Of a stretch of DNA of 43,893 nucleotides, positions 13,071 through 24,299 are shown one piece after another. The position numbers were made by a program, and so were the translations under genes. The stretch lies in the NCBI RefSeq assembly GCF_001194135.2, contig NC_068988.1, positions 37,360,685 through 37,404,577 of the forward strand, in the 5' to 3' direction. This DNA comes from Octopus bimaculoides. Lineage: Eukaryota. Numbering within the stretch: position 1 is the stretch's first letter; each line of letters starts with the position of its first letter. The notes under the pieces are model-generated. The model was not told where the DNA came from and made no database searches. It saw only the letters and a program-made list of their open reading frames with translations.

Positions 13071-13116
13071 AACACAACGTTTCGGCTGATATACCCTCCA
13101 GCCTTCGTCAGGTGTC
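13071..13116 (-). ncRNA. Minimal type I hammerhead ribozyme motif (left arm)
   Basis: Exact reverse complement of 13253-13298. Confidence 0.6.
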
Positions 13117-13252
13117 TTGGGGAAATTTCGAGCCTGGGTTCTCATTCCTAACGATGTTACTATTATTATATTATTATTAATAATAATAATAATAATAATA
13201 TAATAATAGTAACATCGTTAGGAATGAGAACCCAGGTTCGAAATTTCCCCAA

Positions 13253-13298
13253 GACACCTGACGAAGGCTGGAGGGTATATCAGCCGAAACGTTGTGTT
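13253..13298 (+). ncRNA. Minimal type I hammerhead ribozyme motif (right arm)
   Basis: Stem I GACAC/GTGTT; core CTGACGA 13258-13264; extra A; stem II GGCTG/CAGCC; GAAA 13286-13289; palindromic ACGT in place of helix III; predicted GUU cleavage after 13293. Confidence 0.6.
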
Positions 13299-14339
13299 AA
13301 CAACAAACAAGATGAGGACAAATATCCGACAAATGTAAATAACGTAAATAATGTAAATAATTCCTCATCTCTTAAATATAGAAAAGTTAGAAGGATATAC
13401 ACAGTAAATATATTAAATCGACAGACAGAGATAGTTTTAGGTAGAAAAAAATGTGGGGTGTGACGATTCAAACATGACTCTTCATCAAAAAGAGGAAAAA
13501 TTCAGGGAGAAAGAATAGTCCAAGAAAAGCACGTGTATCGTTACGTAGCTGCATATATGTATGGATGTATGCACGTATATATGTATGTATGTGTGTTTAT
13601 GTATTATGTACGTACGTAAGTATGTATGTATGTATGTATGTATGTATGTGCAGTATTATGTATGAGTAAATACAGAAGTTAATTTCGCACATTGATGCAT
13701 CTAGTTGATGTTCCAATAGATTGTGTACAATTAAAGCGTGTCCCATATCTACCATCGACTTTTACTATATGCATTAGTCTATCTCTAATTCTCATTTCGT
13801 TTTACAGATATTTCATTATTTCAACTGTAACATTTGACAGTATTTATTAATAGCAGGATATGGTAATAATAGCTTTATTATTATCATTATTATTGTTGTT
13901 GTTGTTGTTGTTGTTGTTACTACTGCTGCTATTGCTGTTGTTACACTAATAATTCTGTGTAAAATAATTTTGTATTTTTATCAATTCATTAGACTTTTTC
14001 TCGTACAAGGATTCTTTATATTTTTGTAAGCATAATTTTATTGCATTGTCAGCAAATCGTTTGCATGACTTTACACTCCTTTATCCCCACCACCACCACC
14101 ACCACTTCCTTATTTGGAAATGCATCATCGAATCAAAACAAGAATTCCAATCTAAGCCACTCCTCACTTTCCCTGCACCACCAACGCCATCAACTTTAGC
14201 TGTACCTTTCACTGGCATGTCTTTGTTACCTTTTCCTCTCTTCTCTTTCTTCATTAAACTTCATGTCGTTTTTACCTTATCTTCTCTCCCTTCTTTTCTC
14301 CTTTCTCTCCTTTCCCCCTCTTTCTCACTTACTAAACTG

Positions 14340-14480
14340 TAGGCGGTGACTTGGCTGATACGTTAGAGCGTCGATCGAAATACCTTCCGGTATTTATTCC
14401 AGTTGCTTCAATTCTGAGGTCAAGGGCTTCCCAAGGTCAAATTGCCTTCTAACTTTCTGTGTTCGATAAAGAAAGCATCA
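14340..14480 (+). mobile_element. Degenerate SINE, family A
   Basis: 'aggcggtgacttggctgatacgttagagcgtcgatcgaaatacc...ttgccttctaactttctgtgttcgataaa'. Confidence 0.5.
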
Positions 14481-14883
14481 GCTGTTGCATTCTGTGTTCA
14501 AATCTCGATGTAGCCCATTTAGGTGATAAATTTAATTTGCCATGCCATTTAAAACCCTCACCAAACGCTTGAATGTTTTTAGTTGTAAACATTCTGGTCA
14601 GATCTCCAGCTTGAAGATACCTGACTCCCTTCCTCAGTTCTTACTTTTAACGGTCACTTACTTGGCCATGTAATATTATAACTCGTAAGTTACCTCATCA
14701 TTTCGCATTTGTCTTGCTTTTATATGCTGGTTCCCTGACGATGAATATATGTGGAATTCCAGCAGCTCTTACTTCTTTGGAGTAGAGTACACATATATTT
14801 TGAAACATGTGTAGGGATTAAAGGAACTTTTATTTATATGTGTTTTACTCCATTTATTGTTATTATTCATATATATAAATATA

Positions 14884-14927
<44 letters not shown>

Positions 14928-15574
14928 CACATACATATATATAATTATGCGTGTGCGTACGCATGTATATGTGCGTGTACACACATGTATACACATGTAT
15001 CTACGTATGTATACGTGTGTGTGTGTGTATGTGTGTACACATGTGTGTATGCGCGTGTGGCAACTAAGCTGCTTAATGGCTGGTGTGTCGGTCGGGTCTT
15101 GGGACAGCAGCATGGGCCCCTAAGATGTTTCATTGTACCACTTTCTATTGCCGGCTGCAATCTCCGCGCTCCCATCTTTTTATAAAGGCAAATGAAAACA
15201 GCTGTGTTCCCCTTTCTTACTTAGTGCTTAAACCCACCCCGATTAACACCATTCCACTCTGGGATTATGACATTCGGCTTACTTATCTACCTCACCTGTC
15301 CCCTTTCCCTTTCTTGCATGTGCCTTCACTGGTTGCTACTTGTCTCTAACTTGGATTTCTTTATCGATTGTCTAGCGATGTGTTTGTTCCATGCGTTTGC
15401 CCAATAATTTGCACCTGCTGGTTGCAGTTGTAATATAACACCATGTGCTGCTAAATGCGCGAACATATGTAACAATTGGAATAACGGATTACCAAGCGAT
15501 GTCCATGTTTTTCTCGCTTCTCATATATATTCTTTTCATACATATTTCGTTTGAGGAACAGTGGATCTCGAAGC

Positions 15575-16120
15575 ACATAATCAATAAATCATCAAAGAAC
15601 ATCTGAACACGAGAGCCTCCTGCTTCAGAAAACATCTAGACAGATGCCGGAACACTGATAAAAGCATGACAGTTACAATTGAGGCCAATGAAAGAAATTT
15701 GGGTAATTTAAGAATCAAAGAAGCTTTACTCATACACAGACTAGGACCCCAAATTAACAACAGGATGGAAGTTGGTAATCAATATATTATTTAGCTACAT
15801 CTAGAGGTGTGTAGGTTAATTCTTAATAACATGCACATATATTGTTTACAACAAAAAAAAAAGAAGGGCAAAAAAAAAAGAGAAGCTGCACGTATAACAC
15901 ATAACTTAGAAGCAGCGCCACAGATGTACCAACACAATACACACGAGATTGCAACAGCCGACCTCACGCACTTCTCATGAGGAATTCCAGAAGAAGCTTC
16001 GTGAAACCACTACTGAGACACTTCCGAAAAAAGGAAAACCATTGGAAAACAGTTTATAGCAGAGAGTCCAGCAAATAAGATCTGAAGAAGGAATTGTAAT
16101 TCCGAAATATCATCGGACTA
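15575..16120 (+). mobile_element. Penelope-like element 3' end (GIY-YIG C-terminus plus terminal repeat)
   Basis: Translates IKEHLNTRASCFRKHLDRCRNTDKSMTVTIEANERNLGNLRIKEALLIHRLGPQINNRME, the typical PLE GIY-YIG tail (RIKEH...LRIKEALLI...P.IN), followed by an HHR motif. Confidence 0.75.
16079..16114 (+). ncRNA. Minimal type I hammerhead ribozyme motif at a PLE 3' end
   Basis: GAT - CTGAAGA - A - GGAAT/TGTA/ATTCC - GAAA - TA - TC - ATC; all core nucleotides present, 3-bp stem I, predicted AUC cleavage after 16111. Confidence 0.55.
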
Positions 16121-16307
16121 TAGATAACCAAGTTACAACAGGTATATAGTCCATTTTTTGTTCTATAGTGCATTGTTATACCATTCTAAACATTTTATTC
16201 TTTACAGATAGTATGTAAATATCCAGTTGAAAAAACTTCGGGACAGAAAAACTCGAAGGCTACCTGTTCACGCTGTATGTGAGTGTGTGTTCATATACAC
16301 GTGTGTT

Positions 16308-16365
<58 letters not shown>

Positions 16366-16407
16366 CACACATTCATACATACAGACATTTATTCATTCAT
16401 TAATACA

Positions 16408-16439
<32 letters not shown>

Positions 16440-16444
16440 CCAAT

Positions 16445-18240
16445 AGTCCTCATACATCAACTACCTCAGATCGCTTCACCAAATTGGACTGCCGAGCACA
16501 GGTCAGTTTATCACACTGAATCCATCTACTGATGCCTGTCATTGTACATTTAATGCTTCTAATTACGTAAACGTTCCCAACACTGCAATATCTCCTGAGC
16601 AGAACTTGCTGCTTTTCATGGCAGGACGACTTCGTCATCAAACCAGTTGATAAAGGTGGTGCTGTGAAGCTTCGCGACTGTTCCGTAACCATTTCTATAG
16701 CAACGTTTCTTCTGATGCTATCTCACCTTTACCAACAACTGATGTCCTCCTCTACCCGCCAGCTCATTTACTCCTCCCCACTTACCCAATCTTCCTCCCA
16801 CCTGATTGTCTGCACCACCCGCAACCCCTTTCTCTACTTCTTTCCCAAACCTAAAAAGCTGATAACCTTGGCCGCCATACAGTCTCGGCCTGCAACTGTC
16901 ACACTGTACTCATATCCATCAACCTCCATACCCTCCTCTATTTATCCTCTCCTGCATCCACGACAGATATCATTTCCTCTGTCGCTTCAAATCTTTTTCC
17001 GACCCCGATTCCTCTCACCCTATTTTCACTGTGGATATCACCTCTCGTTACACTGTCATCCTTCACAACGAAAATCTCCCAACTCTTCAACATTTCCTTA
17101 ACCAACGTACCACTCTCTATACCAGGTCTCTCCACTCTTCCTTCTAACCGGACTGATTTTCACTCTTCACTGATTTTTCTTTTCAGGCGAAATGTATGAG
17201 CAGTCTATTGGAGTGCCTATGGGAATGCGTATGAATCTCTCGTTGACTACGTTGAGTCCTTGATCTTCTCTCACTTCAGAACTGTATGGTCGTTATATCA
17301 GCGACTGTTTTGATGCTACCTCCATCTCCCACGAAGAGCTGAACACCTTCATCTTTTTTGTGAGTTCCTTTCCCTTTTTCCAGTTCACGTCCTCTGTCTC
17401 TGAAACTTACCCCCCCCCCTTTGATGACATCACCGTTTCCATCGACCACCCCACTGCTCACTCTGCACCTCTGCACCTCTGCCTTATACAAACGTACAGA
17501 CTCCCAACCCTACCTTAACGTTTCCTTTTCTCACCCCATCACACAAAACTCTCCATTCCTTACTCCTAGTTCCTTTGTCTCTGACGCTTTAAACACGACT
17601 CAAAAGTCCAACATATGGCCAAACCTCTTCATTCATGGTAGTTACCCTCCCTATCTTATATATTCTGCCCTCTCCTTCAGCCCTCACCCCTCGTATTCGG
17701 ATTCTCATTCCCTACTGCATTCTCTTTCCCCTCACCTACCACGCCACCACACTGTCCCTACAATGCACCATCATCGACCACATCCGCCGCCTTCAATCCG
17801 TCCCTGCCACCTCCCGTTTCTTCCTCCATCCACCCCTTCTTCAGGCGTACCCGTCACCTCAATATCTGCTCGCGCATATCTCTTTCACTCTTTCTCGTGT
17901 CTACTTCCTTGATCCTTTTCTTGTCTCCGCCACCCTCTCTCATACCTTCCCTTTTCTTTCCAATACGGCCTCTCTTACCGAAACCAACCATCACACCTTC
18001 GACGTCACTGACTCCTGCTGCACCTTCATCAACCTCGTATCAAACTATCCGATGACTGGCCCAGGGGCATCCGACTGAGTAACGGATTCGCCGGTCTTTC
18101 GGCACTCCCAGATCGCCAACAGCTCCACCCGATTCCATTTGATCATCGGCTTAGCCACCACTCTTAGCTTTCCCACAGCTCGTCACCAGGAGGACAAAGC
18201 TCATGTTTTTGTTTTTAACCTATAGGTGTTTCAGCCTACT
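16445..18240 (+). mobile_element. Decayed Penelope-like retroelement (RT plus GIY-YIG), frameshifted
   Basis: Motifs in order: FVIKPVDKGGAV (~16630-16665), GEMYEQSIGVPMG (~17186-17225), YISDCF (YIDD-like, ~17293), LYKRTDSQPYLNVSFSHP (~17483), GSYP, HTFDVTDSCCTFINLV (TCTSSNVIY-like, ~17993), then RL..RF and a LIF...QP-like end. Confidence 0.85.
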
Positions 18241-18430
18241 ATCCCCTCCCCAATTTCTCTAAGAATTCTTTTTCTCACACATTCCTACCCGATTTTATCC
18301 TTACAGCAAGTCGAATTCATAAGGAGATAGATTTTGAGATAGTATGTTGATTGATTGATTAATCTAAATAGATAGATTGACTCATTGGTTGATTGATTGA
18401 TTGATTCAATGATTGATTAATTGATGGGTA

Positions 18431-19687
18431 CAGTGACACCATTTTATTAAAGAACGCTACCATTGTGAACTAAGATATATATGTGAAAAATTTGTGTGCT
18501 AAGATGTATATCAAAATAAAGAAAATTTCACGAGCTTTAATATAGTATTCAACTTTTCAGCTTAACATCAACACATCAATTTTAAATTAAAATTAAACTT
18601 TATTTTACGTAATTTACGTACCATATCTATCAAATTAAGAACGATTTGCAAGATTTCATTGTTGTTTGTTTTTTTTTGTTTTTTTTTTGTTTGTTTGTTT
18701 TTTTTTGCCTTATTGACTAATATAAAGGTAGGGTAATTTGCATTCTGTTACAATTTTTTTAGTTACTTGATAGTTGTGATGGGTAAAAGAAAAAGTTGGA
18801 CGCCCTAACATGGCCGTCTGCAATACTGTCCCTCTTTATAAAGAAACTAATGATTATAAAACCCGCTCTCGGCTTGGACAACCAAGAAAAACAACAGCAA
18901 AAATAGATAAATACATTCATAGACTGTCCTTAAAAAAACGAAAAATCACCGCTGTTGACATTTTAAAAGAAATTCGAAAAAAATATGGAGTGTCAAAAGA
19001 TTTGGACTTCTAGGAAGAGTCTCTTGCAAAAACCCATACATTTCTTTAAAAAATCGACGTGCCCGAATACAGTTCGCAAAAGAGCATTTGAATTAGAGTT
19101 CATCAGATTGGTTAAATGTGTTGTGGTCGGAAGAGTCAAAGTTCAACTTGCTCGGCAGTGATGGCAGGAAGTATGTAAGAAGGTGTACAGGCGAATATTA
19201 TCACCCAGAATGCTCTGACCTAAAATTAAGCCCGGTAGTGGAAGTGTGATCGTGGTGGGGGGTGCATTCTGGAAAAGCGTCGGTCCTATAATCCAAATCA
19301 AGGGCATTATGTACAGTAAATCCTATCTAGAAATATTGGATAAGACTATGCTTCCATACGCCCAAAATCATTTGGGCCGATCTTAGCAACGACTCGAAAC
19401 ACACCTCACACTTAGAGATTACATTAGCTCTAAGACAGTTCGGTTGATGCAGTGGCCGGCGCAGTTGCCTGGGCTAAATCCATCGAAAATCTTTGGGAAA
19501 AGTTGGGTAGAGCCATGCAAAGCAGTATGCCAAAGAATAAGGATGATGTTTTTAACATTATTATCCAAAATTGGAGAAAATTCTCAGGAACAGAGATAAA
19601 TGATCTGAACAATTCTGTTTCGCAGATGCAATGTTGTATTAAGTAATTTTGGATACCCAACAAAATACTGATTGTGTGAGCTTATTA

Positions 19688-19729
<42 letters not shown>

Positions 19730-20014
19730 CTTTTTGTTTTTTTTATCTCAGAATAAACTTTTTTAAAGCAAAAACAATGAAGCTTTAAAAATCGTTCTTA
19801 AATTAAATAACGCTATAAATTACGATTATTAACATTTATTTTTAATTTAAAATTAATATGTTATGTTACGCTGCAAAGTTGTATACCATATTAAAGCCCG
19901 TGAAATTTTCTTTATTTTGATATACATCTTAATTCACAATTTACAAGTTTGATATATACAAATTGCAATGTTAACATTAGTATACAAGCGTTCTCAAATT
20001 AAATGGTGCTTCTC
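18431..20014 (+). mobile_element. Tc1-family DNA transposon, near full length, decayed, with ~170-bp TIRs
   Basis: TA|CAGTG start; TIRs ~18431-18600 and ~19830-20014 are reverse complements. Transposase remnants: R.GQPRKTTAKIDKYIHRLS, KKPYISLKNRRARIQFAKEH, VLWSEESKFNLLGSDG, G.SVIVWG-like, WPAQLPGLNP.ENLW. Confidence 0.9.
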
Positions 20015-20033
20015 TAGGTAGATAGATAGACAT

Positions 20034-20096
<63 letters not shown>

Positions 20097-20499
20097 CTAT
20101 AAAAGAGATTATAGTTTTGTACTTCTTTGAAATCAACAAATGTCTCTCCCGAAACAGGCTCAAAACTTCTGGAATGCACACACACACATACACACACACA
20201 CACACACACACATACACACATGGATGTATGTATGTAAATGACTGTATGTATGCATGTATGTGTATACACACAAACATATATACATACATACACACATTAT
20301 ATACACATTCAGTTTTCTCTACTTCCTTTGAAAAACCTAGAGCACCACTCCGTGTTTGTGTGTTTGTGTGTCTGTGTGTATATGTATTTGTGTGTGTGTG
20401 TTTAAAAAACACCAAAACATTTAGACGGCTTTTCTATCTGAGATCCTGAAGATTTGATCGACTGAAGTTCAGTCGATCAAATTTCAATATCTCAACATT

Positions 20500-20760
20500 T
20501 CTTTTTTTAAGTCTGGTATTTATTCTGTCTAACGCTTCCTGCCGAACCGCCAAGGTACGGAAGCGTAAACAACCCAAGATTGGTTGTAAAGTTTCGAAAG
20601 CCAGACGCAAACTTAAAGACGTTAGCGCCCATATAAACATTCGCACACATGCACACGCACACACACAAACACAAATACAGATATACACATACACACACAC
20701 TCACACACACACACACACATACACACATACACACATACACACACATATATATGTATATAA
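20500..20760 (-). mobile_element. Degenerate SINE family B 3' part with (CA)n core
   Basis: 'ggtatttattctgtctaacgcttcctgccgaaccgccaagg' resembles the reverse complement of 27440-27500; followed by (CA)n. Confidence 0.45.
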
Positions 20761-21009
20761 GGATTATTACGAAACAGCATAATTTACCTTTAATTCCTTT
20801 GTACAGCTTATGTATATATTTGTAAGATAAGACCGAAACACTGCGAGAAGTAATACAAAGTAAACTACAAAAGAAAAAAAAATGATATCTAAAACAACAA
20901 CAGTAGGAGTTTTACCTTATATGTCAAAATTTCGTGGTTATGAACTCTTCTTCAGGGTTGATGGAGTAATGAGGGTAAGAGTAGGTAGTTGCTCAGATGT
21001 GTAAGGAAG

Positions 21010-21067
21010 TATGGCGACATGCGGAAACTGGTGACATGCGCAGACTGGCGGCATGCGCAGACTGGCG
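21010..21067. repeat. 17-bp minisatellite, ~3.5 units, inside the inverted pLTR
   Basis: atggcgacatgcggaa / actggtgacatgcgcag / actggcggcatgcgcag / actggcg. Confidence 0.75.
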
Positions 21068-21670
21068 TTATTAAATGAGCCTTATTCTCCAGATACGTTG
21101 ACGACATCCAAATGCTCACTTACTCCTGGCAAGAGGCCACTGACTCACATCAGGGATTCAACAACATCGACAAACACATAAAATAAAAATTGAACACCTG
21201 AACGAGTCCGGAACCCTTTCTCTGCTAAATTTCCACCTCAGGGTTATAGAATAGCGTTCCCTCTATACCAACTTTTACAAGAAAGCTGCTAGTAGCAATC
21301 TGTTTGTGCACTACGAGTAAGCCTTGCACACCAGAGCCAAAGCAACAAAACCTACGAAATTATACGTATAAGCGACAGCTACAGTGATGCAGCTCACAAA
21401 GCTACAAACACCGAGCGATTACACACGATCTTAAACAGCGAATCTCCTTCACTTTTCGCCAAACGATTGCGTTTAAACAACGCTAAACTCAGTAAAACTG
21501 AGAAGGCCTGTACTCCCAAGTCTGACTATCAATCAAGTCTGCTGCTATACATCATGCGATCCGCAGGAGGCACTTAACATATAGATGGTGTACACAGGTT
21601 CATACATGAGGAAGTTTCTGCCAAGAAATTATACTACGAATAGCATCGAGGGGTGCACACTATCTAATTT

Positions 21671-21937
21671 GGGAAGGCGCCTGACTTCGTGGTTACGGTA
21701 TTGGACTCATGATCGTAAGATTGTGGTTTTGATTCCTGAACCGGGTGACACGTTGTGCTCTTGAACAAAACACTTTATTTCTGCGTCGCTCCAGTCCGCT
21801 CAGCTTACAAAAATTAGTAATCCTGTGACGGACCAGTGTTCCGTCCAAGTGGGGAAATTATATGTCATGGAAACTGGGAAACCGGTCCTTATGAGTCGGC
21901 TTTACACGAGAATGTATCTTTACTTTTTTTGTTTTTT
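21671..21937 (+). mobile_element. tRNA-derived SINE, family C, inserted in the PLE
   Basis: tRNA-like head 'gtggttacggtattggactcatgatcgtaagattgtggttttgattcctgaaccggg', core 'cgttgtgctcttgaacaaaacactt', CTTT-rich tail; TSD actatctaattt (21659-21670) / actatctgattt (21938-21949). Confidence 0.8.
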
Positions 21938-22495
21938 ACTATCTGATTTCTCGATCAACAACTTGAAATTGTGCTCGAGGGCCTACATGCTGCAGGAGCA
22001 TAGTCTGCAGTAAATATAGGGCATCCTACATTGAGAGCAACACCAGAAAACTGCATAGTCGCATCAAGGAACACATGTGCACAGATACCTCAATCAGCAA
22101 ACACCTACAGAAGTGCCAAACCCAGGATTTCACAGTATCCCTCAGAGACGCTCAATGTAATCAAAACAATCTTAGAATAATGGAGGTTCATTTTACTAGC
22201 TAACCTAAACCACCTCTGAACAACATTACTGTCGCTAGTCATCGCATGTCAACCTCTTCCCCAAGACGTCTGAGCAACGATTTATTCCAGCCCTCATTTC
22301 TCCACATGTCCTAGAGAAGGGATCATAATCCCGGAATGTCGAGAAAAAAGGTAACACCTCAACTGTTCTGCTTCTCTCTGCCTCTTCCTTTCGTAGTTTA
22401 TTTTATATTACATTTTGCAATTGTTTAGGTTTAATCTTACAAGTTTATCAAATGAAATATCACACAATAATTTACCTTAACTATTCTCTCTCTCG

Positions 22496-22537
<42 letters not shown>

Positions 22538-22590
22538 CTTTCTGTATATATATATATATGTGTGTGTGTGTGTAGCGTGTNNNNNNNNNN

Positions 22591-22643
<53 letters not shown>

Positions 22644-22651
22644 ATATAAAA

Positions 22652-23060
22652 CTTTCTCCTAAAGGCACAAGGCCTAAAATTTGGCTGAAGCGGAATAGAC
22701 GATTATATCGACCTCAGTGTTTCACTGGCATTTAATTTATAGACCCCGAAAGGATGAAAGGCAAAGTTGACCTCGGCGAAATTTGAACTCAGAACATAAA
22801 GACGGACGAAATGCCGCTAAGCATTTTGCTCGGCGTGCTGACGTTTCTTTTCTATTCTAGGCACAAGGTCCGAAATTTTGGGAGCGGAGGCCAATCGATT
22901 AGATTGACCCCAGTACGCAACTGGTTCTTAATTTATCAACCCCGAAAGTATAAAAGGCAAAGTCGCCGTCGGCGGAATTTGAACTCATAATGTAAAGACA
23001 GACGAAGTACCGTTAAGCATTTAGCATGGCGTGCTGACGTTTCTGCCAGCTCGCCGCCTT
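22652..23060 (-). mobile_element. Head-to-tail tandem pair of family A SINEs (22652-22848 and 22849-23060)
   Basis: Two homologous units, each with 'aaaggcaaagt...aatttgaactca' (B-box on the minus strand); the second has the full head aaggcggcgagctggcagaaacg. Confidence 0.8.
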
Positions 23061-23599
23061 TATGTATGCACACAATATGATAGTTACATACACATGTATG
23101 TATGTATGTATGTATGTATGTATGTATGTATGTATGTATGTATGTATGTATGTATGTATGCATGTATCTGTGCATGCTTGTATATATTTATGTATGTGTG
23201 TGTATATTTTATATATATATATATATATATCTATATATNNNNNNNNNNNNNNNNNNNNNNNNNNNNNNNNNNNNNNNNNNNNNNNNNNNNNNNNNNNNNN
23301 NNNNNNNNNNNNNNNNNNTATATATATATATATATATATTCAGCACCGTTTCTTTCCACGAAATGCACTTACAAGGCATGACTCGGTCTGGTGCTAAAGT
23401 ATATAGAACAGACAGATAGATAAATAGATAGATAGATAAATAGATAGATAGATAAATAGATAGATAGATGCAGTTATTTATTCAAAATTGTGTATATATT
23501 TAAATCTTCGGTGGTACAGTTTTCTCCAAAGAGTTTCTAACATTGAAAGTTTCCTCATATCTTAGTGTGGATTGATGCGGTAAATATAATGGAATGCGA

Positions 23600-24070
23600 A
23601 GAGGGGGTAGAAAGCTGTGTATAATCATTAATCTTTACCAAAGAATATCAACAATAAGTTTATTGGAGTCAAATTGTTAAATACATGACGAAGCTGGAAA
23701 GTGATTTGACACACATTAATGCGCAGTGCTGAACATCTTGAGATAAACTGATTACAATAGCTATAACGAACTACATGGCGAGCGAAAGAGAGATAAATAT
23801 CAGAAAATCCATAGAATTCAGCATGGAAAACCTGTAGAGAGGTTGCATGTAGTTGCACTGAGTAAATGGGATGTTAAAGACGAAGGTTGTTGGGTTGAAG
23901 TGAGGAGTGGTGAGGAGAGCTGACGAACGTTCGTATTTAGAGTGCGAGCGTTTGAAAGAGATTACAGAAAAAGACGATGAAGAGTAAAAGGTAAAGATGG
24001 GTGGAGACAGAGAAAGAGAAGGAGAGGGGGGATTTTGATTATGGTGAGGAACTGGCAGAAGAAATGAAGG
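23600..24070 (-). mobile_element. Possible decayed PLE N-terminal ORF region
   Basis: Minus strand is C/T-rich like 16445-18240 and reads ...CNQFISRCSALRINVCQITFQLRHVFN, resembling PLE N-termini (FLSRC...IP.GF.L). Weak. Confidence 0.3.
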
Positions 24071-24299
24071 CTTTAAGGAAAAGATGAAGATGAAGATAAG
24101 GTGTAGGGGGTAGGGGGAAGGGATGTCGTAAAGCTGATTAACGTCAGGTTTTTCGTTGTCGATTTAATGACACCAGCCTCTGCTGCACAAACGACTGCAA
24201 CAGGAACGATAACTGAAGCGGCATGCAAAAGCAACATCAAAACCATTAACTGCAAACACCAACAACTGTGAATAACTGTGACGACTGCAAATTCAGTTG

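Larger units (their letters stand above)
13016..13381. mobile_element. Palindromic pair of Penelope-like terminal repeats (pLTR) flanked by a 12-bp TSD
   Basis: Arms ~13018-13178 and ~13190-13350 are near-perfect reverse complements around an (AAT)n centre. AAAAGTTAGAAG is a direct repeat at 13004-13015 and 13382-13393. Each arm has the ctgacgaagg...ccgaaacg motif typical of PLE ends. Confidence 0.8.
20899..22370 (+). mobile_element. 5'-truncated Penelope-like element with inverted 5' pLTR, direct 3' pLTR and a nested SINE
   Basis: RYVDDI (~21093), FNNIDKHIK, TNFYKKAASSNLFVHY, ASYIE..TRKLHSRIKEH (~22020-22075). The reverse complement of 20899-21023 aligns with 22243-22367 (cgcatgtc, tctgagcaac, ccctcatt.ctcca, aaggtaa..ctc..actgtt). 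Confidence 0.85.

Noticed and set aside
13806-13861. Strong plus-strand acceptor with a downstream GT
   Set aside because: All three frames contain stops; no other support.
21671-21745. tRNA gene
   Set aside because: The tRNA-like head continues into a SINE body with a TSD; it is a SINE head, not a functional tRNA.
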